From: Deltaproteobacteria bacterium
Lineage (GTDB): Bacteria > Myxococcota_A > UBA9160 > SMWR01
Assembly (NCBI GenBank): GCA_032128115.1
Contig: JAQBHB010000090.1
Coordinates: 50,260 to 114,259 of the forward strand
Direction of reading: 5' to 3'
Length of the DNA stretch: 64,000 bases
Under the pieces are notes generated by a model, which did no database searches, was not told where the DNA came from, and saw only the letters and a list, made by a program, of their open reading frames with translations. This document shows positions 1 through 13,550 of the stretch, piece by piece. Both the position numbers and the translations under genes were made by a program. Each line of letters opens with the position of its first letter. Position 1 is the first letter of the stretch.

Positions 1-1157
1 TGGCTGTGGCGCCCGTGCTCGGCTCGTTCCGGGGAGAAGCGCTCTGGATCCCAGCGGTCGGGATCGGGCCACCATGTTTCCATGTGGTGAGTGTGGATCG
101 GGGATATCACGACCATCACGCCCTCGGGAATCCGGTAACCGTCCCACTCGAACTCCCGGATCGAAGTCCGCGGGATCACGGGCAGCGGCGGATATCGACG
201 CAGCGTTTCGCGCATGGCGAAAGTCAGGCTCGGCAGTGAGTCGAGATCGTCGAAAACCGGAGGCTCGGCGCCGAAGGCCACGCTCTCGGCGCGGATCCGA
301 TCCTGCCAGTCCGGGTTTCGTGCGAGTTCGTACATGAGCGAGGTGAGCGTGCTGGTGGTGGTGTCGTGCGCGGCCATCATCAAGAAGTTCATGTGGTCGA
401 GAACGTCGGCATCGGAGAAGGCACGGCCCTCCTCATCGCGGGCCCGGCACAGCCGGCTGAAGATGTCGCCGCCGGCGTCGCCGCGCTTCTTCGCCAGCAT
501 GTTGCCCAGAAAGCCAAGCAGGAAGCGCCGGCCCTCGACGCCCCGGTGGTGCCTGCCGAATCCCGGAAAGCGCAGGCCCGGCATCGAGGCTGCCACCATG
601 GCCTCGAAGGCTCCGTTCATGCTGGCCGCCGAGGGGCCGAGATCCACGCCCACGAAGATCGCGGCGGCCAGGTCGAGGGTCAGGCTCTTGAAGGCGTCGT
701 AGGCCCGAAAGGAGGGCACGCCGGTCGGCCAGTCTGCGATGCCCTCGGCAATCGCCGGATTCATCTGGTCGATGTACTCCCGCAACACCGGCCGTTTAAA
801 GGCCTCGTGCATGATCTTGCGGTGGTGCTTGTGCTCTTCGCCGTCGCGCAGGAGCAGCCCATTGGGGAAGATGGTCCCCATGATCGCCATCCACGGCTTT
901 CGGGCCGAAAACGTCTGATCGCGGTCGAGCAGCACGAAGCGGTTGGCGTCGGGACCGAAGAGGTTCACGCTGGTGAAGCGGCCGCGCCCCTGTACCACGG
1001 TAGGGCCGTACTCGCGGAAATGGTCTTCGTTCATGGCGCGCATGTCGTAGCGGCTGACCTCGCCACGCAGAAACCGCCCGAGGGTTCTGGGAATCGGGGC
1101 CCGCGGGATCGCCTCGAAGGGCTTTGCTGCGCGAGACGTACCCTGGATCACAGGCAT
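1..1157 (-). CDS. Cytochrome P450, 3' end runs off the window
   Basis: Absent from the ORF track. Manual minus-strand translation from ATG 1157 (AGGAAGG upstream) gives I-helix LMMAAHDTTTS, ExxR motif ETLRRYPP and WDPERF. Confidence 0.92.
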   Translation of the reverse strand, partial: MPVIQGTSRAAKPFEAIPRAPIPRTLGRFLRGEVSRYDMRAMNEDHFREYGPTVVQGRGRFTSVNLFGPDANRFVLLDRDQTFSARKPWMAIMGTIFPNGLLLRDGEEHKHHRKIMHEAFKRPVLREYIDQMNPAIAEGIADWPTGVPSFRAYDAFKSLTLDLAAAIFVGVDLGPSAASMNGAFEAMVAASMPGLRFPGFGRHHRGVEGRRFLLGFLGNMLAKKRGDAGGDIFSRLCRARDEEGRAFSDADVLDHMNFLMMAAHDTTTSTLTSLMYELARNPDWQDRIRAESVAFGAEPPVFDDLDSLPSLTFAMRETLRRYPPLPVIPRTSIREFEWDGYRIPEGVMVVISPIHTHHMETWWPDPDRWDPERFSPERAEHGRHS

Positions 1158-1325
1158 TTCGATGACCTTCCTGCGCCGGCCCTGTCGTCCTGTGAGGAAC
1201 TACAGCGAGCCGCGCGACGGCTCCGAGCCAGGTTACGTCTTTCTGTGCACGGGGTCACCGGCGACACCCGTCGCGCCGGGGCTGAGGCTCCCGACGGTCA
1301 GCCCGCCTATACTGCACCGCCGATC

Positions 1326-3458
1326 ATGCTGCGGAACTTCGGAGCGGCCCTGGCGGCGATCGCGGCGTTGACCTCCTGTGGGGGGGCTCCGCCTCCGCTG
1401 ATCGCTGTCCATCGCCTGGTAAACGCCCCCTATCGGGATCCGGCTGGGAGCCGCCCGGAACACCTGATCACCCGCGTCCGCACCGCGTTCCTGCAAGCCC
1501 CCCCGTCCACGGCCGGAATCCCCACCGCCACCATCGACGATGACACACGCACGGTGCTGGCGGCGCACCCGCGCGTGATGCTGCACTGGCCGAGGCTGCA
1601 GTTATCCGAGGGCGGCAATGTCGAGCTTGCGCTCTCGCTGGGCGACGGGTTCGCTGGCGCCACCCGGGCCACCGCTGTGCCGCATGTCTTCGACGCGGGA
1701 AGCTGGCACGGTCTGCCACCCCTTCACCTGGAGATTCGACCCGACGGACCCACGCTCGCCCGCTTCCATGCGGCGGAATCCGACCTTCCGCGTCCCGTGA
1801 GGGTTGCCCTGGAGGTGCATCGAATCCCGGAAGTGGGTCGAACCAGCCATCGCACTGCGGAGCTGGAGATCCCATCGGAGAGCTTCCTCGACTTCGGGCT
1901 TGGCATCCTCGAGCCCGCCCGCGACCAGGGGGCCGTTCGCTTCCAGGTCTCGGTGTGCCGAGCCGACGCCTGCACTCCCGTGTTCGACGAATCCGTCGAT
2001 CCGGGGGGCAGCGAGGCCGGATGGCGAGATCGCCGGGTATCCCTGGCCTCGCACAGCGGTCGCCGTTCCATCCGGTTTGAAACCGAGTACGCGGGCGGCG
2101 TGGACCGGGGATTCTCGCTCCCCGTGTGGGCCAACCCCACGATTCTGGCCCCGGACACCCGCGGCGATCTCGGCCCGAACGTCCTGCTGATCAGCCTCGA
2201 CACTTTACGCGCGGACCACCTGAGTCTGTACGGGTACGAGCGCGAGACTTCACCCTTCCTGCGCGACACCCTGGGACCCCGGAGCAGTGTCTTCGATGCC
2301 TACGTCTCGACCGCCACCACCACCGATCCCTCCCATATGACCATGTTCACCTCGCTGTCCCCCAGCGTGCATGGCGTGGCAGACAAACTCACACCGTTGC
2401 AGGTTCCCGTAATCACTCTCGCGGAGGTTTTGCGAGCCCGTGGCTATGCCACCGCCGCCTTCACCGAAAACGGTCCCCTCGCCCACGGCCGGGGATTCGA
2501 GCTCGGCTTCGAGGCGTACACCGAGAACCAGAGCCCGATCTTCCTCCTGCCCCCTGGGCAGGTGAAGCGCACGTTCGCGCAGGCACGGAACTGGCTCGAG
2601 AACCACGACTCGCAGCGCTTCTTCCTGTTCCTCCACACCTTTCAGGTGCACTCTCCCTATGAGCCGCCGCCCGGATATCGTCAACTGTTTGACGGTGACG
2701 ATTCATCAGCGCCGACGGGCGGACGGTCCACACGAAGCGCCCAGGAGCTCGTTTCCGACTACGATCGGGAGATCCGCTTCGTGGACGACGAGCTGCGCTC
2801 TCTTTTCGAGTGGCTCGATCGGCGCGACCTGACTGCCAACACCGTGTTGGTGATCACGTCGGACCACGGCGAACAGTTCCAGGAGCACGGGATCCAGGGA
2901 CACAAGGCGCCGCCCTTCGAGGAGTTGACCGGGATCCCATTGCTCGTGCACGGGCCTGGCATCCCGGCGGGTCGCCGCATTGCGCAGCCGATCTCGCAAC
3001 TCGACCTGATGCCCAGCCTGCTCGAGCTGATCGGTGCGCCCGTCCCGGAGCAGGCCCGGGGCATTTCATTCGCGGGGCTGCTGGCGGAAGCAGAACCGGA
3101 ACCCGGTGCACGCACCCGGCCCCTCTTCACGTCCGGGTGGGTACTGCCGAATGAATTCCAGGTGCCGTCGCTGGCGGTTCGCGTGAACGAGCGCAAGCTG
3201 ATTCGCACTCGCACGAGCGATGGCGTCGATCACTACTCTTACTTCGATCTGTCGAACGATCCGGGCGAGATGCGAAACCGATTCTCGGGACATCGAGCCG
3301 AGGCGGCGGATCTGATGGCGCTGCTGCGGGAGCACGAGCGCGACGCGAAAGCCAGCCGCGACGCGCTTCGCGCTGGAAATCTGCCCGGTGAGCCCACCCC
3401 TCCGGCCTTCGATCCGCAACGCGACGAGCAGCTGCGCGCTCTCGGCTACATCGAGTGA
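1326..3458 (+). CDS. Sulfatase-family (alkaline phosphatase superfamily) lipoprotein with N-terminal beta-sandwich-like extension
   Basis: Signal peptide with lipobox-like LTSC; NVLLISLDTLRADH, TTDPSH, FLHTFQVHSPY, YDREIRFVD, ITSDHGE, FDLSNDPGE. Start trimmed from ORF 366..3458. Confidence 0.85.
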   Translation: MLRNFGAALAAIAALTSCGGAPPPLIAVHRLVNAPYRDPAGSRPEHLITRVRTAFLQAPPSTAGIPTATIDDDTRTVLAAHPRVMLHWPRLQLSEGGNVELALSLGDGFAGATRATAVPHVFDAGSWHGLPPLHLEIRPDGPTLARFHAAESDLPRPVRVALEVHRIPEVGRTSHRTAELEIPSESFLDFGLGILEPARDQGAVRFQVSVCRADACTPVFDESVDPGGSEAGWRDRRVSLASHSGRRSIRFETEYAGGVDRGFSLPVWANPTILAPDTRGDLGPNVLLISLDTLRADHLSLYGYERETSPFLRDTLGPRSSVFDAYVSTATTTDPSHMTMFTSLSPSVHGVADKLTPLQVPVITLAEVLRARGYATAAFTENGPLAHGRGFELGFEAYTENQSPIFLLPPGQVKRTFAQARNWLENHDSQRFFLFLHTFQVHSPYEPPPGYRQLFDGDDSSAPTGGRSTRSAQELVSDYDREIRFVDDELRSLFEWLDRRDLTANTVLVITSDHGEQFQEHGIQGHKAPPFEELTGIPLLVHGPGIPAGRRIAQPISQLDLMPSLLELIGAPVPEQARGISFAGLLAEAEPEPGARTRPLFTSGWVLPNEFQVPSLAVRVNERKLIRTRTSDGVDHYSYFDLSNDPGEMRNRFSGHRAEAADLMALLREHERDAKASRDALRAGNLPGEPTPPAFDPQRDEQLRALGYIE

Positions 3459-3600
3459 CTCGCCACCGAATCCGATCTGTTCAGCTTCTACGACGGATTC
3501 TCTAGCAAATTCCACAGGTTGAAGATTTCCAGGTCCGGCCTCGGCATCCGGGTCCCGGGAGACGTGGAGTCGACTTCGCTCTTGGAGCGAGCGAAATTCC

Positions 3601-3636
3601 CGTGCCAGCCACAAAATCCGTGCCAGCCACAAAATG
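3601..3636. repeat. 18-bp tandem duplication CGTGCCAGCCACAAAAT(C/G)
   Basis: Two adjacent copies read directly, upstream of the 3689 gene. Confidence 0.9.
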
Positions 3637-3688
3637 GGTGGCTGGGGCAGGCGGGGCTCCCCCCGCCAGAATTTCGAGAAGAGTGGCC

Positions 3689-4720
3689 ATGACGAAGAAG
3701 ATCCGACCTGGCTACCTCCTCCCGAGCGCCGCCTACACCATCAGTCCCAAGCAGATCCGGCTCTACGAGATGTTGGATCGGACGCCCTTGCCGGGTGATG
3801 TCGTATACGGTCGTGTGACATCCATCGGCCAGCACGGCTCGCTGGAGAACAAGCAGGGGCGAATCCACCAGATCAACGACGGGGTGCGCGCGGTCTTCGT
3901 ATTCGGGAATCGTTACGCCCCGGATGCATTCGAGGGATTCGTTCCCGAGACGGCGGTGACCGAGGCCGACGTGCTCGCACGCTCAGGAATGATCGGTCAG
4001 GTTCGAGAGAAGAATATCCAGATGAAAGACCCGACCCGGGTGGAGATCCTCGGCTACGTCGTGGATAAAGCGGGGGCGCCGCTCAATACCATGGACTACT
4101 CCATCGCGCTCCCGAAGCATCCGCTCGACCCGCGGAAGCGGCGCGCCAAGATGATCCTCCACATCGGGACGAGCATGAATTCCGGAAAGAGCACGTCTGC
4201 CGTCGCTTGTTGCTGGGCTCTCGCGGCGATGGGGCACGGCGTTCGGGCGAGCAAGGTGACGGGAACGTCCAGTCTCAAGGACATCCTGCACATGCAGGAC
4301 GCGGGCGCCGAGATCGTTTCCGACTTCTCGTACCTCGGCTACCCGTCGACCTACATGCTCGACTTCGACGTCGTCGTAGAGATCTTCAAGAAACTCGATG
4401 CAAAGATCGGAAACAATCCCCAGAAATTCTGGATCGTAGAGTTCGCCGACGGAATCCTCCAGCGCGAAACCTCCGCCTTGCTTCGAGACGAGTACGTCCG
4501 ATCACGGATTCACAAGCTCGTATTTTCTGCGTCTGACGTATTCGGAGCGATCGGAGGTCTCCGGATTCTTCGGGATGAGTTCGACCTCGAGCCCAATGCG
4601 ATCTCGGGTCGCTGTACCTCATCCCCACTCATGATTCGAGAGCTCGAGGATCGAACGGCGATTCCGATCTACAACAACATGATCCGAAATCTGCGTCAGC
4701 TTGGCGAGCTGCTGTTGTGA
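3689..4720 (+). CDS. DUF1611-like P-loop protein (GNRYA family)
   Basis: GNRYAPDAFEG, Walker A-like GTSMNSGKST, SKVTGT, DAGA, GYPSTY, EFADGILQRET. Confidence 0.65.
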   Translation: MTKKIRPGYLLPSAAYTISPKQIRLYEMLDRTPLPGDVVYGRVTSIGQHGSLENKQGRIHQINDGVRAVFVFGNRYAPDAFEGFVPETAVTEADVLARSGMIGQVREKNIQMKDPTRVEILGYVVDKAGAPLNTMDYSIALPKHPLDPRKRRAKMILHIGTSMNSGKSTSAVACCWALAAMGHGVRASKVTGTSSLKDILHMQDAGAEIVSDFSYLGYPSTYMLDFDVVVEIFKKLDAKIGNNPQKFWIVEFADGILQRETSALLRDEYVRSRIHKLVFSASDVFGAIGGLRILRDEFDLEPNAISGRCTSSPLMIRELEDRTAIPIYNNMIRNLRQLGELLL

Positions 4721-5673
4721 GCCGAAGCCCGGTCGTCGTGGCAGTGCACGGCGGGGCGGGTCGCCTGCCCTCATCGAAGACCCGGGCGCCGGAACGCAGG
4801 CGTTACGATCACGGGATCGCGCGAGCTCTCCTCGCGGCCCAGCGGGTGTTGGTGTCCGGCGGGTCCGCGGTTCGAGCTGTGACGGCTGCAGTCGTCATTC
4901 TCGAAGACGACGAGGCCTTCAACGCGGGCAGGGGCAGCGCCCTCTGTGAAGACGGGACGGTCGAACTCAGTGCGTCCGTGATGAACGGCAGGAATCTCGC
5001 CGCAGGCGCAATGGTGGGCCTGAAGCGGACCCGGAATCCCGTTCTGGCCGCCCGAGCGCTGATGAAACATACGCACGGTCTACTGTTCGGGGCGTGGGGC
5101 GACTCTTTTGCAGAGAGCGCTGGCCTGGAGATGGTTCCGCCTGCCTATTTCATGACCAGGGAACGTGAGAAGCAATGGCGGCGGCTCAAGAGCAAGGGAA
5201 CCATCGCTTTGGACCACAGCAACGACGAGCCGGTCCACGGAACCGTGGGTGCCGTTGCGCTCGATCGCCGCGGCAATCTCGCGGCTGCCACGTCCACCGG
5301 TGGGCTCGTCAACCAGCTGAGAGGCAGGGTTGGCGACACTCCCGTGGTGGGATCGGGAACCTGGGCGAATGGCGTCTGTGCGGTGAGCGCGACGGGCACC
5401 GGAGATGCGTTTGCCCGCGTGGCATTCGGCAGGCGCGTTGCCGACCTGATCGAACTGGCAGGCTTGTCACCCGTTGAGGCGGCACAACAGACCTTGGATG
5501 ACGTGCGCCGCATCAAGGGTCAGGGAGGCTGCATCCTCGTCAGTGCCGCGGGAGAGGTTGTTTGTCCCTTCATCAGCGCCCAGATGGTGCGGGGATGGGT
5601 GGTGGACGGCGGCCTCCCCACGGTGGCGATCCTGCCTGGAGAAGCCCTGGTGATATCCGAGAGCGTCGAATGA
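4717..5673 (+). CDS. iaaA: Isoaspartyl peptidase / L-asparaginase (Ntn hydrolase)
   Basis: VHGGAG, LEDDEAFNAGRGS, nucleophile site HG-TVGAVA, ATSTGG, GRVGDTP; GTGA overlap with the upstream gene. Confidence 0.92.
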   Translation: MSRSPVVVAVHGGAGRLPSSKTRAPERRRYDHGIARALLAAQRVLVSGGSAVRAVTAAVVILEDDEAFNAGRGSALCEDGTVELSASVMNGRNLAAGAMVGLKRTRNPVLAARALMKHTHGLLFGAWGDSFAESAGLEMVPPAYFMTREREKQWRRLKSKGTIALDHSNDEPVHGTVGAVALDRRGNLAAATSTGGLVNQLRGRVGDTPVVGSGTWANGVCAVSATGTGDAFARVAFGRRVADLIELAGLSPVEAAQQTLDDVRRIKGQGGCILVSAAGEVVCPFISAQMVRGWVVDGGLPTVAILPGEALVISESVE

Positions 5674-5691
5674 TCGTCCAGGGCCGCGGGA

Positions 5692-8007
5692 TCACAGCGG
5701 GTCGCACAGCAGGACTTCCGTCACCCCGCCGGGCCGCTCCTCGTTGGACGACGCATCACACACATCGTCGTCGCTGCAGAAGTTCTTGATCGTTCCCGTG
5801 GGCGTCAGGAATTCGAGCAACTGATCGATCGAGGCGGGGATCGTGAATCGGAGTGCGTGCGGGTCGCAGACGCTGCTGGGAATCGTATTCGCAAGCGCCG
5901 GGATCACTGCATCGAAGGCCGGATCGAACACGTCGAAGGAGCCCGTGTCGTAGATCATCATCGCCGAGTCGAGGCCGCCCACCCCCTCCGGAACGTCGGG
6001 AATCTCGACGAGCCCCTGAAGCAGCGAACCATCCAGGCTCGGGATGCCCAGCGACCGCGCCATGATTTCCGAGGCCTGGTTCGAGACCTGCTTGTCGAGC
6101 CAGGCCACCGTCATCAGCATGTGCTTGGCGATCCCCGGCTGGCCGTCGTGATCGTCCAGGGGTGACTCGACGAGTCCGGTGACGTGGCGCACGGCGCTGG
6201 CGGGCTCCGAACTCACCCACTGTTCGTGCAGCAGACCCAGCCCCAGCGCTGTCTCCATGGGATCCGCCAGGCCCACGTTCGACAGCAGGCTCTCGAACGT
6301 GATGAACTGGGTCGAGCGTTGCAGGAGCAGCGAGAAGTTCATCGCAGGCACATCGATGTTGAAACGCTGGATGTCGTTCGTCAGGGCCGCGAGCCAGGTT
6401 CCCATGATCCCGCCGAGGCTGACGCCGACGTAGAATTCCTGCTCGCCGGAGCCCGGGAACACGCCCGTACTGGAGCCGGTGCCCGGATCCGTCTGGAACT
6501 CGGCGAAGTCGTTCAGCAGGGTCCCCTTCATCAGATGCGTCAACACCAGGGTGTTGAGCATCCCCTGCTTGAGGCGAGCCGTGAAGGCCGGAAAGTTGTT
6601 CAGCTGGTGGTTGAAGAGCCCGATGATGCCCGCTCCGACCCAGTTGAAGTCGAAGCTCGAGAGGCCTCGGTAATCCGTGGCGCCCGCGATGTAGGGGAAC
6701 GAATCGTCGGCGAACTCGTCCACGAGGCCAGCGGCGAGGGTGTCGACCATCCCCGCGCCATTTCCGAACAGGCCGTGTCCCAGGAGCAGCGGCCGAACGG
6801 TCACGCCCCCGTTGAAGACGCTGCAGGGGATCATGAAGTCTACGTTGGCGTCGATCGTTTCCTGGCCAATCGTGGTGTTCTGGATCGGATTGCCGTTGCC
6901 ATCGACATTCAGGAACGGAATGTGGCCGTCGTCCAGGGGTCCAGCGAGATAGTTGGGAACGTGGATCGTCAGCTTCAATCGGCGCCATACCTGGGTTCCG
7001 GGCACTGCGCAGTTGAAGACGTTCGCGGCGTTGAACGCCGCGTGGCTGGCCAGATCGATGTTGCTGGCCTGGAATGTCGCCGGGTTGGCTTCGATGTAGG
7101 TCAACACCTCGTCGCGCATGCTGAGGATCTGGTGGGTGAGCTGGTGTTCGCTCTGCACCACGAAGTCGAAGGCGAGAACCAGGTCGTCTCGCGGCACGCC
7201 ATTCGCCGCAAGAATCTGGAAGATCTCCTCCATGTCTGCGCGCCGGCTCTCGAGCGCCGGGATCGTGCTGGGACGGGCGTCGCGAAGCGCCGCGAAGACG
7301 CCCTCGGGCTCGACGGGCGCCGCCACGGGATCCACCAGGTTGCGCATCGCGACGATGTAGCGATGGCCGGGCACGAGGCTCTTGCCCGGGCGCAGGAAGA
7401 GCACCTGTCGCTGGGGATTCCCGATCGCGCGTGCGTCGTTCTCGATGAAGTGGAGGATGCGCTCGCCGGTGTCGGCGTCGAGCAGCACCGAGGGGCTGTC
7501 GGTGTCCAGCGAGCGGTCGTCGTGGGTGCGCACGTTCTCATAGGGCGTCTGATTCAGCTGACCGCAGCAATCCGGGTCCAGCAACCGCGACGCGTCCGAC
7601 GCCTCCACGTCCACGCCGGCCGGGAAGTGCATGAGGATCTGCACGGTCGGGCTGAAGCCGTCGAGCTCGTTGAGGGGGTCCGGAACAAACGCCGGACCGT
7701 TCAGGACGGGCATGCCCACCTGGGGCAGCGCCACCTGCAGTGCGTTGCCGGGCCCGCCGCCCGCGGCCACCAGGAAGCGCGACGACGGATAGGGCAGGAG
7801 GCACTCCTCGTTGTTGAGGATCTCGCAAGCGTCCACGTCCTGGAGGTCGGCGATCTCGAAGACGACCCCATCGACGAGTTTGGGCCCCGTGGGGTTGTTG
7901 GGGTCGTCGATCTGGGCGGTGAGGATCCGAGGCCCGTCGACAGCGGGGATCGCGACCGTGCCGACGATGCCCCCGCCGGGGGCTTTATGCGATACCCATA
8001 CTCGCAC
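5692..8007 (-). CDS. Large lipase-like alpha/beta-hydrolase with Ig-like N-terminal part, possibly 5'-truncated
   Basis: CLLPYPSSRF, DGFSP, GHGLFG, nucleophile elbow GVSLGG, D-x-x-V and C-terminal DPH. No signal peptide, and the first codons are atypical. Confidence 0.6.
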   Translation of the reverse strand: MRVWVSHKAPGGGIVGTVAIPAVDGPRILTAQIDDPNNPTGPKLVDGVVFEIADLQDVDACEILNNEECLLPYPSSRFLVAAGGGPGNALQVALPQVGMPVLNGPAFVPDPLNELDGFSPTVQILMHFPAGVDVEASDASRLLDPDCCGQLNQTPYENVRTHDDRSLDTDSPSVLLDADTGERILHFIENDARAIGNPQRQVLFLRPGKSLVPGHRYIVAMRNLVDPVAAPVEPEGVFAALRDARPSTIPALESRRADMEEIFQILAANGVPRDDLVLAFDFVVQSEHQLTHQILSMRDEVLTYIEANPATFQASNIDLASHAAFNAANVFNCAVPGTQVWRRLKLTIHVPNYLAGPLDDGHIPFLNVDGNGNPIQNTTIGQETIDANVDFMIPCSVFNGGVTVRPLLLGHGLFGNGAGMVDTLAAGLVDEFADDSFPYIAGATDYRGLSSFDFNWVGAGIIGLFNHQLNNFPAFTARLKQGMLNTLVLTHLMKGTLLNDFAEFQTDPGTGSSTGVFPGSGEQEFYVGVSLGGIMGTWLAALTNDIQRFNIDVPAMNFSLLLQRSTQFITFESLLSNVGLADPMETALGLGLLHEQWVSSEPASAVRHVTGLVESPLDDHDGQPGIAKHMLMTVAWLDKQVSNQASEIMARSLGIPSLDGSLLQGLVEIPDVPEGVGGLDSAMMIYDTGSFDVFDPAFDAVIPALANTIPSSVCDPHALRFTIPASIDQLLEFLTPTGTIKNFCSDDDVCDASSNEERPGGVTEVLLCDPL

Positions 8008-8206
8008 CTCGAGCCAGAACGCAGCCTGAACCTCCTATGCCCGATTGGTGCTATCGCGCTCCCCCGGTGTCGCGTCGCGGCAAGGAGACCCGGGCTCGCC
8101 GCGGGTTTCTGCTTCAAGATCCGGCTGCTAGCGTATCATCTTGCGTGCAGTTCTTATACACTTCGGATGTTGCATCTGGTGGAGCTGCGCCTGACGGAGC
8201 CGAGCC

Positions 8207-9681
8207 ATGGCCTTCCTTGAAGACTTCGGACACGACGTCTTCATCAGCTACGCGCACATCGACAACCAGCCCGATCGCGAAGGCGAGCGCGGTTGGGTCG
8301 AGAGTTTCGAGCGGGCGCTCAAGCTGAGACTGCTCAAGCGTTTCGGGCGCGAGGTGGGGGTCTGGCGCGATCCCGAACTCGCTCGCTCCCAGCGCTTTGA
8401 TCCGGTCATCCAGGCCGCGGTCGAGGGCTCTGCGATCATGATCTCGCTGATCAGCGAGAGCTATCTGGCCTCGGACTACTGCCAGCAGGAAATGAGGTGG
8501 TTCGCCGCAAAGATGGCTGCGGAACCCGCGGGGGCCACGGTGGGCCACTACGTTCGGGTGTTTCCCGTGCTCCTCTACAACGTTCCACCCGGCGATTGGC
8601 CCGAAGCCTGCCGCGACACCTCCGGCTTCCGTTTCCACGACGCGGTTGAACGCGGTTTCGGAAAACCGCTGCACCCACAGCGCGACGACTTCACCGATCG
8701 ACTCTGCGAGTTGGTGGAGGAGTTGCACACCGTGCTTACAACTCTCTCGAAGCGGACCGGCGATCTCGAAGCCCCCGCAGAGGAACCGCGGGCAGTATTC
8801 CTGGCGGAGGTGTCGGACGACTTGAGAAGAGACCGCCGCCATCTGGGCCTCGATCTCGAGAAACAGGGCATCGAGGTCGTCAGCGGCATCCTGCCCGCCG
8901 ACGCACGAACCCAGTACGAGGCGGCGGTGGTCAAGGCGCTGGGAAAGTCGAAGCTCTCGGTCCACCTGCTGGGCACCCTTGCCGGTCGACCACTGGACGA
9001 GTCAGATCCCGAGAGGACCTATCCGGTGGAGCAGATGCGGATCGGGCTCGAACACGCCCGTTCCCAGCTGGTGGTCCTGCCGCCGGAGTTCGAGCGAGAG
9101 GACATCCAGGAGCCCGGGTACGCGGACCTGATCAGCTCGTTGCAGGAACGGCAGCGAGAAGCCGAGCGGCTCGAGATCGTCCGGATGGGTCGCACCCAAC
9201 TCGCCGAGGAGGTTCTGTCCAAGCTCAAGCGACTCGACGCGCAGGAGAAGGCAAAGCGAGTCGCTTCCGCGCCGAGCGGCGAGAGCAGAGCCTTCGTCGA
9301 CTTGCACATCAACGACCTGTCCTCGGCCGGGGATCTCGTTGGATATCTTCAGCGCAACGATCTCCCGGCCATCACGATTCCCTCGGGTGATCTCGACCCG
9401 GCGGCCGGACTGTCCCTGTTCGAGGAGAATTTGACCAAGGCGCGTTTCTTCATCGTCGTCTTCGGGAGCGTCGCGCGCAGCTGGGTCGAGCAACGCCTGA
9501 ACGAAGCATTGAAACTCATCCTGAGCAATCGACTCAGTACGCGCGTCGGTGTCTATCTGGCACCCCCCCACAAATCGGCAGCGGAAGCGATGTTTCCCCC
9601 CTTCTTCCGGGTCATGAACAACACCGACCACTTCGACCCGAAGACCGTGGACGCACTGCTTCGAGAGCCGCCCGAGTCTCC

Positions 9682-9685
<4 letters not shown>
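8207..9685 (+). CDS. TIR-domain protein with two additional degenerate TIR-like modules
   Basis: HDVFISYAHID...VWRD...SESYLASDYCQQE (catalytic Glu position kept). Later modules: RAVFLAEVSDDL...SKLSVHLLG and RAFVDLHIND...ARFFIVVFGSVARSWV. Confidence 0.88.
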
Positions 9686-13542
<3,857 letters not shown>

Positions 13543-13550
13543 CGCTTGCG

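Noticed and set aside
366..1325. 320-aa N-terminal extension of the sulfatase ORF
   Set aside because: It is largely the antisense of the P450 gene; the signal peptide begins at 1326.
6184..8220. 678-aa plus-strand ORF
   Set aside because: Antisense shadow of the lipase-like gene.
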